Shown in pieces: positions 1 through 9,805 of a DNA stretch of 64,000 nucleotides. How positions within the stretch are numbered: position 1 is the stretch's first letter; every line of letters starts with the position of its first letter. The position numbers were made by a program, and so were the translations under genes. The stretch comes from an uncultured candidate division Zixibacteria bacterium (lineage in GTDB: Bacteria; Zixibacteria; MSB-5A5; RBG-16-43-9), in assembly GCA_963713865.1 (NCBI GenBank), contig OY970208.1:1408001-1472000 (forward strand), in the 5' to 3' direction. The notes under the pieces are model-generated. The model did not search any database, was not told the DNA's origin, and worked only from the letters and a program-made list of their open reading frames with translations.

Positions 1-543
1 GGCAATCCTGATATCTATTATCAGATCTATTATTTTAACGAAGGTATTCCCCTGGGAGCAAATTCAATTCTGAGTACTGATTTTGCAAATGCTCTCAATT
101 TCGATCCAGATGTCACTCTTTCTCCACCCAATATTTACACTGCCTGGATGGATAACCGGATTCCAGGTTCCGGGTTTGATATCTTTGCCAGTGCCATCAA
201 ATACAGACAGACTAAGGTCGAAGAGGAGGAAGTTAACCATCCGTTTTCGTTTGATTTGGGGCAGAATTATCCGAATCCCTTTAACCCAACCACCACCATA
301 CCCTTCATAGCAAGTAGCAAGGAGCTTGCAGCTGGTAGTCCCATCCGTACAACCCTGATTATCTATAATATACTGGGGGAGAAGATAAGGACTTTGGTGG
401 ATGATAAAAGACAGCCGGGGAACTATAAGATTATTTGGGATGGAAAGGATGAAAAAGGTAAAGATGTAGCCAGCGGGATTTATTTCTATAGATTGAAAAT
501 GGGAGAGAACTCTATTTCAAAAAGGATGGTGCTTTTGAGGTAA
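1..543 (+). CDS. 5'-truncated secreted protein with C-terminal FlgD-Ig/T9SS type A-like sorting domain
   Basis: Frame 1 is open from base 1 (GNPDIYYQIYY...YTAWMDNR) into ORF 148..543; tail has QNYPNPFNPTT...IYNILGEKIRTL...WDGKD...VASGIYFYRL. Confidence 0.85.
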   Translation, partial: GNPDIYYQIYYFNEGIPLGANSILSTDFANALNFDPDVTLSPPNIYTAWMDNRIPGSGFDIFASAIKYRQTKVEEEEVNHPFSFDLGQNYPNPFNPTTTIPFIASSKELAAGSPIRTTLIIYNILGEKIRTLVDDKRQPGNYKIIWDGKDEKGKDVASGIYFYRLKMGENSISKRMVLLR

Positions 544-640
544 AGTCGAACAGAACGGTATACCCAGATTGCCCCCAATGTGGGCAATTCAATCCGTCTT
601 GAGGGCAAAGCCGGATTACCTATTATTGTAGCAATAACTC

Positions 641-795
641 TTCATAGCGCCCGATCTTTGTGTCGGGCGTAATCGTTTTGTAGTGACAGAATAGTGTTAT
701 GTCTTTTATAGAGGGGAAATGTAGGAACAATTTCCAATTGGATCCATACTGTGCTTGAATTACTCCACAGGCGACCCTGAAAGGGTCGCACTTCG
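641..795. repeat. Cluster of REP-like palindromes, one with a nested 21-nt insert
   Basis: atagcgcccgatctttgtgtcgggcgt (644-670); gtaggaacaatt-[21 nt]-cttgaattactcc (721-766); gcgaccctgaaagggtcgc (771-789). Confidence 0.7.
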
Positions 796-1005
796 AAAAT
801 ACTGTGAACGCTGGGATTCCCAGCCAACAATGGGCAAGCCCACCTTTAATGATTCGCACCATTAGCATAATAATCTGGTTTAAGTAAACCTTAAAATCCT
901 AAAATATACAACGAGTTATAAATGTTCTATAATTACCACTTGACTAATTCTACATTTTGGTTAAATTAAAATCGAAAAAGAGTTTTTACTTTAATAAGGA
1001 CCAAA

Positions 1006-2625
1006 ATGAAAATAACCCGTCTCAATTTATTTTTCTTTTTTATACTTGATCTTTTCATATTTCAATTCTTAATCCTATCTGCCTTCGCAGTCATCCCCTT
1101 GGAAACTTCTCCTTCCTGGCGTTCGACTGAAACTAATGTATATTCTACAGGTGCGGTTTTTGGAGATATGGATGGGAACGGGTTTTTAGATTTAGTGGTC
1201 TCAAATGGGAACGATATGATTAAAGCTCCGAATTTCGTTTATTTCAATTATAACGGTAGATTAGATACTATTGCTGGTTGGGTCTCGGCTAATTCCGAAT
1301 TCTCCGGTCACTGTGCTTTGGGGGATATTGATAAAGATGGTTATCCGGAACTGGCAGTTTCAAACTATACTGAAAATAGCTGGGGGAAAACAGTTGTTCA
1401 GCTCTATGATAATGTCAATGGCTCTCTTTCTGTTTCACCTACCTGGTCATCTGCTGATTCGATGCATACTTTCACCTGCGCTTTCGGTGATGCGGATGGG
1501 GACGGGGATTTAGATTTAGCAGTTGCCTGTGGTGAGGCTTATAACCATTATTATGAACGTAACAGGATCTATTATAATCACAATGGAGTTTTAGAAACGA
1601 CCCCCTCCTGGATCTCCGGGGATTCTGGGTACTGTTACGACGTGGATTGGGGAGACGTGGATAATGATGGCGATCTGGATTTAGCTTTTATCTCTTCTGG
1701 AGGGCAGATAAGAGTTTATAAAAATTATAGTGATTCCATTGAAACTTTCCCCTCCTGGAAGTCAAAAGATTCAGATAACGGGAATAGTTTAGCCTGGGAC
1801 GATTTGAACAACGATGGTTATATGGATTTAGCAGTAGCTAATAATACTCAGTTGAGCGGAAAAGGTTATTTTGAAGTCTATCTGAATTATTCCGGAGTTT
1901 TAGATACACTTCCTTTCTGGACCTCATCCACCAAGGGTTATGGTTCTGCAGTTTCCTTTTGCGATGTGGATAACGATGGAGATAAAGATTTAGCTGCCGG
2001 GAGATGGTGGGGTTATTCAATGGTCTATGAAAATACAGGTGGTAATCTAACTACAACCCCTGTCTGGAGCTGTATATCTTCATATCAAAGTGTTATCGAA
2101 GAGATGGTCTGGGCAGATTTAGATGGGGATGGGTTGATAAAGATTAAAAATGAAGCTCACTCAGCAGATGGGATAAAAAAAGTTTATTATTTGAACCATT
2201 ATCCTGCTCATAAATTAGATCGGGTTATAGCAGATGAAGATACTTTGACTATAGATGACTATTGTTATAGTTTAGCCTCTGGCTGGGTCTCTTTTAAAAA
2301 CCCTCCGGTTTCTCAGGTCCTATTTGATTATAAGTTTTCTTTGAAACCGGATCTGGCTGTTAGTAACTGGGACCGGGAGAATTATTGTTTTTACAATTTG
2401 AATCAGTTATATCTAAGCGGAGATGCAAATCAGGACCAGAAGGTCTCGGTCTCAGATGTGGTATATCTGATTAATTATCTTTTAAAAGGAGGACAGGAGC
2501 CTTATTTTTTAGCCAGTGGTGATGTGACCCGCGACTGTCAAATCAACATCAATGACGTTATTTATCTGATCAATTATCTTTTCAAAGATGGACCAGCACC
2601 TTTAACCGGATGTGTAAAAGCATAA
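1006..2625 (+). CDS. Secreted FG-GAP/VCBS repeat protein with C-terminal dockerin-like domain
   Basis: Signal peptide; about seven DxDxDGxxDLAV repeats; C-terminal GDANQDQKVSVSDVVYLINYL...GDVTRDCQININDVIYLINYLF. Confidence 0.9.
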   Translation: MKITRLNLFFFFILDLFIFQFLILSAFAVIPLETSPSWRSTETNVYSTGAVFGDMDGNGFLDLVVSNGNDMIKAPNFVYFNYNGRLDTIAGWVSANSEFSGHCALGDIDKDGYPELAVSNYTENSWGKTVVQLYDNVNGSLSVSPTWSSADSMHTFTCAFGDADGDGDLDLAVACGEAYNHYYERNRIYYNHNGVLETTPSWISGDSGYCYDVDWGDVDNDGDLDLAFISSGGQIRVYKNYSDSIETFPSWKSKDSDNGNSLAWDDLNNDGYMDLAVANNTQLSGKGYFEVYLNYSGVLDTLPFWTSSTKGYGSAVSFCDVDNDGDKDLAAGRWWGYSMVYENTGGNLTTTPVWSCISSYQSVIEEMVWADLDGDGLIKIKNEAHSADGIKKVYYLNHYPAHKLDRVIADEDTLTIDDYCYSLASGWVSFKNPPVSQVLFDYKFSLKPDLAVSNWDRENYCFYNLNQLYLSGDANQDQKVSVSDVVYLINYLLKGGQEPYFLASGDVTRDCQININDVIYLINYLFKDGPAPLTGCVKA

Positions 2626-2656
2626 CATCAGATCCTATATTAGAATTATAAAATAA

Positions 2657-2722
2657 AAGGACAGCCATAGTGGCTGTCCTTACTAGATTCAATCAGGGCG
2701 AACCTGAAAGGTTCGTCCTACG
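2657..2722. repeat. Hairpin (probable terminator between convergent genes) plus REP-like palindrome
   Basis: aaggacagcca-tag-tggctgtcctt; gggcgaacctgaaaggttcgtcctacg. Confidence 0.6.
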
Positions 2723-2729
2723 AAATTAA

Positions 2730-4073
2730 TTACTTTCCGCTGACTACCATCTCAGAGAATTTTAGTGTAGGGGAGGTGATGCTTCCCCTGAAAACCAGAT
2801 CATTACCTACCATCTCTATCCCTTTTAACATATCCATAATCGTTCCAGCAATGGTTACCTGGGAGACCGGAAAAGTAAGCTCTCCATCTTCTATCCAGAG
2901 ACCTTCTGCCATCTGGGAATAATCTCCGGTGACGATATTCATTCCAAAACCAGCTAAATCGGTTACATAAAAACCCTTTTTAACACTGCGGATAATATCT
3001 TTCGGATCAGTTTTTCCGTTCTCCAGGTAGAAATTCGAAGCTGAAATTCTGGGGATGGAGTCATAACCCCGGGAAGCATTACCGGTGGAAAAGGTTTTCA
3101 TCTTTCTGGCGGAATAATTGTTATGCAGAAAAGTTTTCAGAATCCCGTTCTCGAACACTTTTTTCCTCTGGGTAGGAATTCCTTCGCCATCGAAAAGACA
3201 GGAACCCACCCCTCTGGGTAAGAGAGCATCATCCCAAACAGTCAAAAGGTCTGAGCCGATTTTTTCATTCATCTTTCCGGCCAAAAAAGTAGAATTTTTT
3301 GCGGCTAATTCTCCGTTTACCCCATAAGAAAGTCCAGCCAGAAAACCAGAAGCAGTTAACGGGTCAAAAATAATGGGCACTTTTTGAGTTTCTATCTTTT
3401 TGGAACCGAGCATCCTTAAAGCTCTTTCTGCAGATATTTTGCCAATTCTTTCAGGAGATTCTAAATCCTCTAAAAGAGATTTATAATCCCAGAAACCATT
3501 CCCTCTTTTCTCACCATCTTTTTCAGCTATGGGTGAACAGGATAAGCTGACTGATGTTCTTTGATAGCTCAAATTCACGCCAGAGGAATTAGCCAGATGA
3601 ATCTGCGTTTCATTGTCTCGGTACTCTGCACCATCGGAATTGGTTATCCTCGAATCAGTACTGAAAGCAGTATCTTCCGCCCTTCGGGCTAATTCTATCT
3701 TCATCTCAGTTGGGAAATTCTTCAACTGGCTATCGTATATTTTTAAATCGGTTTTTTCAGGGATTGGCTCTACTTTCTCAGGTAGTCCGTTAAATTCATC
3801 CTCACTTGTATTTTTAGCCAGAAAGATGGTTTTTTCGATCAGGTCATCTAAAGGTTTTAGAGTGAAATCTGAAGTATAGGAGAAGCCTAATTTTTTATTG
3901 AGGAAAATCCTTAATCCTAATCCTTTGGTACGGGTTTGTTTCAAGACCTCGATTTCTCCTTTTCTGACCCGGATTAAAAACTCTCTGCCTTCCTCCAGAT
4001 AAACCTCAGCCTGGTCAGCCCCGGTTTTGAGTGATTTTTTTATGAGTTCTGCAGGTAATTCCTTATATTCCAT
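2730..4073 (-). CDS. pmbA: PmbA/TldE family protein
   Basis: GADQAEVY N-terminus, FDGEG, TGNASR, GDYS..AEG; lacks HExxxH; directly downstream of tldD. Confidence 0.9.
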   Translation of the reverse strand: MEYKELPAELIKKSLKTGADQAEVYLEEGREFLIRVRKGEIEVLKQTRTKGLGLRIFLNKKLGFSYTSDFTLKPLDDLIEKTIFLAKNTSEDEFNGLPEKVEPIPEKTDLKIYDSQLKNFPTEMKIELARRAEDTAFSTDSRITNSDGAEYRDNETQIHLANSSGVNLSYQRTSVSLSCSPIAEKDGEKRGNGFWDYKSLLEDLESPERIGKISAERALRMLGSKKIETQKVPIIFDPLTASGFLAGLSYGVNGELAAKNSTFLAGKMNEKIGSDLLTVWDDALLPRGVGSCLFDGEGIPTQRKKVFENGILKTFLHNNYSARKMKTFSTGNASRGYDSIPRISASNFYLENGKTDPKDIIRSVKKGFYVTDLAGFGMNIVTGDYSQMAEGLWIEDGELTFPVSQVTIAGTIMDMLKGIEMVGNDLVFRGSITSPTLKFSEMVVSGK

Positions 4074-4120
4074 TTTTTCTCCTTCTACAAGGGCGTATTT
4101 TAATACACCCCTACCTGATA

Positions 4121-5659
4121 TTAAATTACTGTGGGTTTAAAGGCGGTTCCTCCAATGGTTATTTCTGAGAACTTGATTGTCGGTTGACCCACCCCCGCAT
4201 AAACCCATTGTCCATCTTTTCCACAGGTGCCGGTGGTTTGGTCAACCAGCAAGTCATTTCCTACCATCTCAATTTTCTGGATAGCCTCCGGTCCATTACC
4301 TATCAGGACTGCACCCTTTATCGGTTTAGTTATTTTACCATCTTCAATCAAATATGCTTCACGAACCAAGAAGTTGAAGTTACCGGAGGTAGTGTCAACT
4401 GAACCGCCTCCCATTTTTTGAGCATAAATTCCTTTTTTTACAGATTTGATTATATCTTCCGGATCAGTTTTTCCCTGTTCTATAAAGGTATTGGTCATCC
4501 GGGGTATGGGAAATTCTCGATAGGAGGTTCTTCTACCGTTTCCGGTTGATTTGGTTTTCATCAAACCAGCATTCAGTTTATCATACATATAACCTTCTAA
4601 AATGCCATCCTTGACCAGCATCTTTCTCTGTCCGGGAGTTCCTTCATCGTCGATGTTGAAAGAACCTCTGCCGTAGGGGATGGTGGCATCATCTATCACA
4701 CTAACTACCTCGGAAGCAACTTTCTTTCCAAGTTTATCCGCCATTAAAGAGGTATTTTTTCTAATGCCGTCACCTTCCAAAGAATGCCCGAACGCTTCAT
4801 GGATTAAAACGCCTCCCCAGCCAGGTCCGACAACTACCGGGTTTAATCCGGCTGGAGCATCTTCTGCCTGAAGCATAACGATAGCCTGTCTAACTCCATC
4901 TTTACCTACCTTCTCCGGGGAGTTTTTCTGAAAATAATCAAAATCTACTCTTCCACCGGCAGAGGCATAACCTTCAAACCTGTTACTTCCTTCGACTGCT
5001 AAAGGATAAACCGCTAATCTGGTTATGAACTGGTCATCCTTAGCTTTCAAACCTTCAGAGTTTACTATCATAATCTTCTTAGCTTCGTCATAATAATCTA
5101 CCCTTACTTGCTCAATCCTTTTATCATAATCCCGGGATGATTGATTGGCTTTCTTTAAGAGTTCAATTTTTTTCGCCTCAGAAGCTAAAGCCACTGGTGA
5201 TTTAAGGGTGAAATATGGGTTAAGTTTTTGCAGGCTTAAATTAGCCGGTTTCTGGATATTGTCTGAGCTGGCGATAAATGCTGCCACCTCTGCGGCTTCT
5301 TTCAGCTCGGGATAGCTTAAATCATCTGAGAATGCATATCCGGTTTTTTCTCCGGAGATTACCCTGACACCAGCCCCTTGAATGATACCGTAAGTAAAGG
5401 ATTTAATTTTATCCTCATCCAGTTGTATCTCAGTTCGGATAAGATGCTGGAGATAAATCTCTGCAAATTCCCCCCCTCTGGATAAAGCAGTTTCGAGTAC
5501 CTTTTTCAAATCCTCATCTGCAAGGGTTTGTTCTAAAATATTTTTAGTATCTTCTGTGAACCCGAAGGCAGAGTTAAGCCAGAAAGGTGCGGTAAGCAAA
5601 GCTACTCCTCCTTTCAAGAAGCTCCTCCGATTGAGCTTGTTTTGATTTTTGTTAATCAT
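4121..5659 (-). CDS. tldD: TldD metalloprotease with twin-arginine signal peptide
   Basis: IHEAFGHSLEGD metal motif, DDEG, TGNGRR, PRMTNT, GTCGKDGQ; N-terminal NRRSFLKG. Confidence 0.92.
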   Translation of the reverse strand: MINKNQNKLNRRSFLKGGVALLTAPFWLNSAFGFTEDTKNILEQTLADEDLKKVLETALSRGGEFAEIYLQHLIRTEIQLDEDKIKSFTYGIIQGAGVRVISGEKTGYAFSDDLSYPELKEAAEVAAFIASSDNIQKPANLSLQKLNPYFTLKSPVALASEAKKIELLKKANQSSRDYDKRIEQVRVDYYDEAKKIMIVNSEGLKAKDDQFITRLAVYPLAVEGSNRFEGYASAGGRVDFDYFQKNSPEKVGKDGVRQAIVMLQAEDAPAGLNPVVVGPGWGGVLIHEAFGHSLEGDGIRKNTSLMADKLGKKVASEVVSVIDDATIPYGRGSFNIDDEGTPGQRKMLVKDGILEGYMYDKLNAGLMKTKSTGNGRRTSYREFPIPRMTNTFIEQGKTDPEDIIKSVKKGIYAQKMGGGSVDTTSGNFNFLVREAYLIEDGKITKPIKGAVLIGNGPEAIQKIEMVGNDLLVDQTTGTCGKDGQWVYAGVGQPTIKFSEITIGGTAFKPTVI

Positions 5660-5881
5660 AAAAAATCTCCTGTATGAAAATGATGTTTAGATTGCAATTT
5701 AAGGTTTTTTCGAAAGATGTCAAGGGGAAAGAAAAACAAACGAATGACGGATAAAACGTAGGGGAAGAGCTTGTCCCCTCCAGATTTTTTGTTTTTCGTA
5801 GCACTGCCCTTAAGGAGATTTTTGTAGGGACAACCCTTGTGGTTGTCCTTTTTTCTGTCCCTACGTTTTTTGGGCTCTGAA

Positions 5882-6054
5882 AGGGACTGTTGAAAAAGTG
5901 TTTTTGGAGTGCAAAGCTTGCTTTTACGATTTTTTTTGAAATTTAGATCTCTTTAGAGTTTAACTACTTAGATTTTTGAGAAAAACAGCACCAGCCTCAA
6001 GGTCAACTTCGACAAGCTGGTGCACTCCGATTCAGGATTTTTCAACATACCCTG
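5882..6054. mobile_element. ~173-bp MITE/REPIN-like non-autonomous element within a REP cluster (5757-6069)
   Basis: Terminal inverted repeats agggactgttgaaaaa / tttttcaacataccct; internal inverted tggagtgca (5905) and gtgcactcc (6020) matching the flanks of the RAYT at 41.5 kb. Confidence 0.6.
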
Positions 6055-6155
6055 AAGGGTCGCGCTACGATAAAAAAGCAGAAAATTATTTTTATCATAA
6101 AAAAACCCCGGTCTTTCAAAAAGATCGGGGCTTAAAAAATAATTAAAAGATAAGG

Positions 6156-9100
6156 TCAGCACCCAGGAGCAGGTCCTCCTTTGAAAAGATAATTAATCAT
6201 AAAGATCACATCTGAGACATTAACCTTACCGTCACATTGTATATCCCCGCAGGTTAAGATGGGTTGTGGAGGAGGGCCGCCCTTGAAAAGATAGTTAATC
6301 AAATAGATAACATCCGTCACATTAGCCTTGGCATCGGCGTTGGCATCACCCGGCATACAGGAGGGCACATAGAAACTGAAGGTTTGGGTAGACCAGGTCC
6401 CTTGAGTATTGGTATCTTTAGCTTTGACCTTCCACCAGTAGAATATTCCGATCTCCAGTTGAGGAGTAGTATAGGTTGAATCAGTTAAATTAGCCACCAC
6501 AACCGCTGTGCTGAAATCCGGAATGGTATCATAGTAGAGGTCGTATTTGACAACATCTCCGGGGTCAGGGTCCTTTGCCTTTCTCCAGATCAAAGTAGGT
6601 TCCAGGGAGGAAAGGGTATCCTCGTTTGGAGGAGAAACTAAACTGAAGGGTTTGGGTGGCTGAGGCACATAAAGGGTTACCTTGAAAGTTCCGGTTGACC
6701 ATCTGCCTGAGGTATTGATATCTCTTGCCTGAACTTTCCAGTAGTAACTGCTGTCATCCCTTACTGTGACAGTTCTTGTGGTGTCTTTCAGGTTGATAAT
6801 CTTCCTGGGATTGGTAAAGCCGGAATTAATATCATACCAGAGGTCATAGAGTATCGAGTCGCCAGGATCAGGGTCGGTAGTAGACTGCCAGTAGAAGGTG
6901 AAAGTGGAGTCGCTCAAAGTAGCATTATTTAACGGAGATAATAAAGTAAAAGTATTGGGTTGCTGAGGATAATAAACATGGAAACTCCAGTATGGATCTG
7001 TGCTCCAGCTTTCTCCTCCATAACTATCTTTTGCCTTGACCTTCCAGTAATAAGTGGAATCATCATAAAGACTGGTGGTCAGGGTTTCCAAGGTGTCGGT
7101 GGATAAGACTGAATCGTAGACTGCAAAAGTATTATCGCGGGAGTAATAAACTATGTAACTTATCGCGTCAAGTGGGTCAGGGTCAGATGGTTTATTCCAT
7201 CTCAAGGTTGGGGTGAGGACTGAAACTGTGCTTCCATTTGAAGGAGAGATCAAGGCGAATGAAGATGGTGCCACATTCAATGTGCGGAAACTCCAGTAAG
7301 GCTGGGTGCTCCAGGTTGTCAAATTAAATTTGTCTTTTACCCTTACTTTCCAGTAGTAGATAATATCATTCAATAGTCCGGGCAAAGTATAGGAAGTATC
7401 CGTGATTGCACCTGATGAATCTGTGTAAATCAGGGAATCAAGTGACCAGAAAACTTTGTAGGATAACTGGTCATTAGGATCAGGGTCTGTTGCTTTGTGC
7501 CAGTATAATTTGGGATGTAAAATTAATGTGTCCTTATCATCCGGCGAGGCTAAGCTGAAAGAATTAGGAGCTTGCGGCACATAGACATTAAACCGCCAGT
7601 TAATCTGGGTACTCCAGCGGCCGGAGGTATTTATATCTTTTGCCAGGACTTTCCAGTAATAGGTGCTATCGTCCTGGCCAGTAAAATAGTAAAAGGTATC
7701 AGGTAAGTTCGCAACAATAACGGGATTGGGGAAACCTGAACGTGAATCGTAATAAAGGTCATAGAGAATAGAATCACCAGGGTCAGGATCTGTGGTTGAG
7801 CGCCATCTCAAAGTATCTGAATACTGATAGATAGTATCAAGGTTAGGAGGGTAGACCAGGCTAAAGGTTGCAGGCTGTTGCGGGTAATAGACACGGAAAT
7901 TCCAGGTGTTGTTGCTCAAAGTAGTCTTTCCCCATTTATCCACTGCCTTGACTTTCCAGTAATACACTGTATCATCGCTTAGAGCGGGCATAACCCGGAA
8001 GGTATCTGCTATATTATAAAAAGAGTCAATTGGGGTGAAGTCACTTTCCTTAGAATAGTAAAGAGTATATTTGACAGTATCCAGTGGGTCAGGGTCGGTT
8101 GCCTTGTGCCATCTGAGTGTAGGAGTTAAGGTGGAAACAGTGGAGCCGCTATCTGGTGAAATCAAAGTAAAGGCGGCCGGGGCAACATTTACCACCAGGA
8201 TCACTGTAGTTGAATGGGTCTGGCTTCCTGTTCCCTGTATGGTCAGGGTATAAGTTCCAGCAGGTGTGGAGCCAGTGGTGTTAACATTCATAACAGAAGA
8301 GGTGGTTGGTGATTTTACAGGGTTTGGACTGAAACTGGCTGTTGTTCCACCAGGCAGACCCGAGACAGATAAGGTGCAGGGATGTGCAAATCCGTAAAGA
8401 TAACCCAGGTTTACAGTGTAGTTAGTAGAGGCACCCACATCGATCGTCCTTGAACCTGGTGTTGCTCCAATGGTAAAGTCAGGTATGGAGAAATCAGCAT
8501 CACTTCTATCCTTAGGAGCACCATCTGCAGCGTCTGAGACCCTCACCCGGTTATTAGCAGATGGCGTATTCGGGATGGTCCAGGTATGAGTTCCATCATT
8601 CGGGGTGCTGGCTATGATGGTTGTCCAGGCGGTTCCAGAATTAGTTGAATTTTCGAGTTTGACATTTCCAGTAAAGCCCACTGATCTCCAGAGTATATCC
8701 TTATTCTCCCCCACATACCAGACCTCTCCTCCATCTGGATCTAAAATCTCAAGAGCAGAGCCTAAACATCCGGCTACATACTTGGGAGTAAATCCAAGCG
8801 CGGTGGCGGAATTGGTGAACTCCAGTTGATTAGCAGGGGGGACAAAGGTAGAATCGATTATTATCCCGATGTCTGATTTCCAAGTTGAGCTGGTGGTGAA
8901 ATAGATGGTGCATATTGGACCACTGCCAGCGTTAAAAGCTCCACTCCATACTGCCCAGATATTCATTCTATAATTTGCAGTATCCACATAATTAGGGGAA
9001 GTTGGATCTCCAGCATAACTTTGCGCTGGGTTAGAAGTGAATCTTGACTCCCAATGAATAGAATCACAGCGCAGATCTAAGTTATCAGGGTTGTAAAAAG

Positions 9101-9296
9101 TTAAAGGAATGGTAAACCCTCCCAAATTCTGGTCATTATAAATATAGACTTTAACTGTAACCTGCTGGCTGGGACCCACGGTGAGCTTTTGTTCTACTCT
9201 ACAGGTGTCAGGGTTACCGGTGTCCTGGGAGAAGGCAGGGGGAGTAAGGAAAAGAAATAACAGAAGCATTAAAAAAACTAATCCTCTTTCTTTCAT
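6156..9296 (-). CDS. Large secreted modular protein: cohesin-like domain, Ig-like domains, six FN3-like repeats, C-terminal dockerin-like domain
   Basis: Signal peptide; GNPDTCRV..V.VYIYNDQNLGGFTIPLTF domain; PDGGEVW..G...I.W Ig; six P..F.L.SP..W....DPDP.D..YYWKV.A.D repeats; GDANADAKANVTDVIYLINYLFKGGPPP tail. Confidence 0.85.
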   Translation of the reverse strand: MKERGLVFLMLLLFLFLTPPAFSQDTGNPDTCRVEQKLTVGPSQQVTVKVYIYNDQNLGGFTIPLTFYNPDNLDLRCDSIHWESRFTSNPAQSYAGDPTSPNYVDTANYRMNIWAVWSGAFNAGSGPICTIYFTTSSTWKSDIGIIIDSTFVPPANQLEFTNSATALGFTPKYVAGCLGSALEILDPDGGEVWYVGENKDILWRSVGFTGNVKLENSTNSGTAWTTIIASTPNDGTHTWTIPNTPSANNRVRVSDAADGAPKDRSDADFSIPDFTIGATPGSRTIDVGASTNYTVNLGYLYGFAHPCTLSVSGLPGGTTASFSPNPVKSPTTSSVMNVNTTGSTPAGTYTLTIQGTGSQTHSTTVILVVNVAPAAFTLISPDSGSTVSTLTPTLRWHKATDPDPLDTVKYTLYYSKESDFTPIDSFYNIADTFRVMPALSDDTVYYWKVKAVDKWGKTTLSNNTWNFRVYYPQQPATFSLVYPPNLDTIYQYSDTLRWRSTTDPDPGDSILYDLYYDSRSGFPNPVIVANLPDTFYYFTGQDDSTYYWKVLAKDINTSGRWSTQINWRFNVYVPQAPNSFSLASPDDKDTLILHPKLYWHKATDPDPNDQLSYKVFWSLDSLIYTDSSGAITDTSYTLPGLLNDIIYYWKVRVKDKFNLTTWSTQPYWSFRTLNVAPSSFALISPSNGSTVSVLTPTLRWNKPSDPDPLDAISYIVYYSRDNTFAVYDSVLSTDTLETLTTSLYDDSTYYWKVKAKDSYGGESWSTDPYWSFHVYYPQQPNTFTLLSPLNNATLSDSTFTFYWQSTTDPDPGDSILYDLWYDINSGFTNPRKIINLKDTTRTVTVRDDSSYYWKVQARDINTSGRWSTGTFKVTLYVPQPPKPFSLVSPPNEDTLSSLEPTLIWRKAKDPDPGDVVKYDLYYDTIPDFSTAVVVANLTDSTYTTPQLEIGIFYWWKVKAKDTNTQGTWSTQTFSFYVPSCMPGDANADAKANVTDVIYLINYLFKGGPPPQPILTCGDIQCDGKVNVSDVIFMINYLFKGGPAPGC

Positions 9297-9805
9297 ACTA
9301 ACCTCCTTTCTTTGGGTTTTAATTTAGATAACTATTCTTAAGAAACTTAAATGATGGGAATTTCTCAAAGTCGATCTCGGTTTCCATTTTTGAATTACAA
9401 AAAAGAGGAAAAAAGACTTATATACTTAATGTAAATAATACTTTCATTTTGTCAAGTTAAAATTAGTGTTTTTTTAGGAATTAACCCAATAAAGATAGGT
9501 TTTGTTTGGTTTTAATCTAAGAATATCAAGAGGTTAAGGGTTAGAAGGTTAAAGAGGATTGATCTGATGATTAATGACAAATATCGAATGATTTATAATA
9601 AAACCATTCTTTGCTTATTCCTTTTAAAAAGGAGGTTATAGATTGGTATGGGCGAGGACTTCTCGCCCTTTACTTATCTACCCTTACAACTACACCTTTT
9701 TATAATTTTCATTTTCCTTGACAAAACAATGAATGAGATTTAGTTTATTTAGATAGAGGAGTATAATTATCGTTTTAACAAATATAATTTTCAAGAGGAG
9801 AAAAG

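Noticed and set aside
623-868. Short ORFs over repeat-rich spacers and antisense shadows (e.g. 623..868, 13115..13456, 15600..16151, 18766..19002, 28159..28377, 39315..39509)
   Set aside because: They overlap better-supported genes, riboswitches or REP clusters and have no recognisable motifs
6986-7007. tccagtatggatc in the scaffold gene resembling the 21-nt element
   Set aside because: It encodes STDPYW, matching STQPYW in a sister repeat, so there is no insertion
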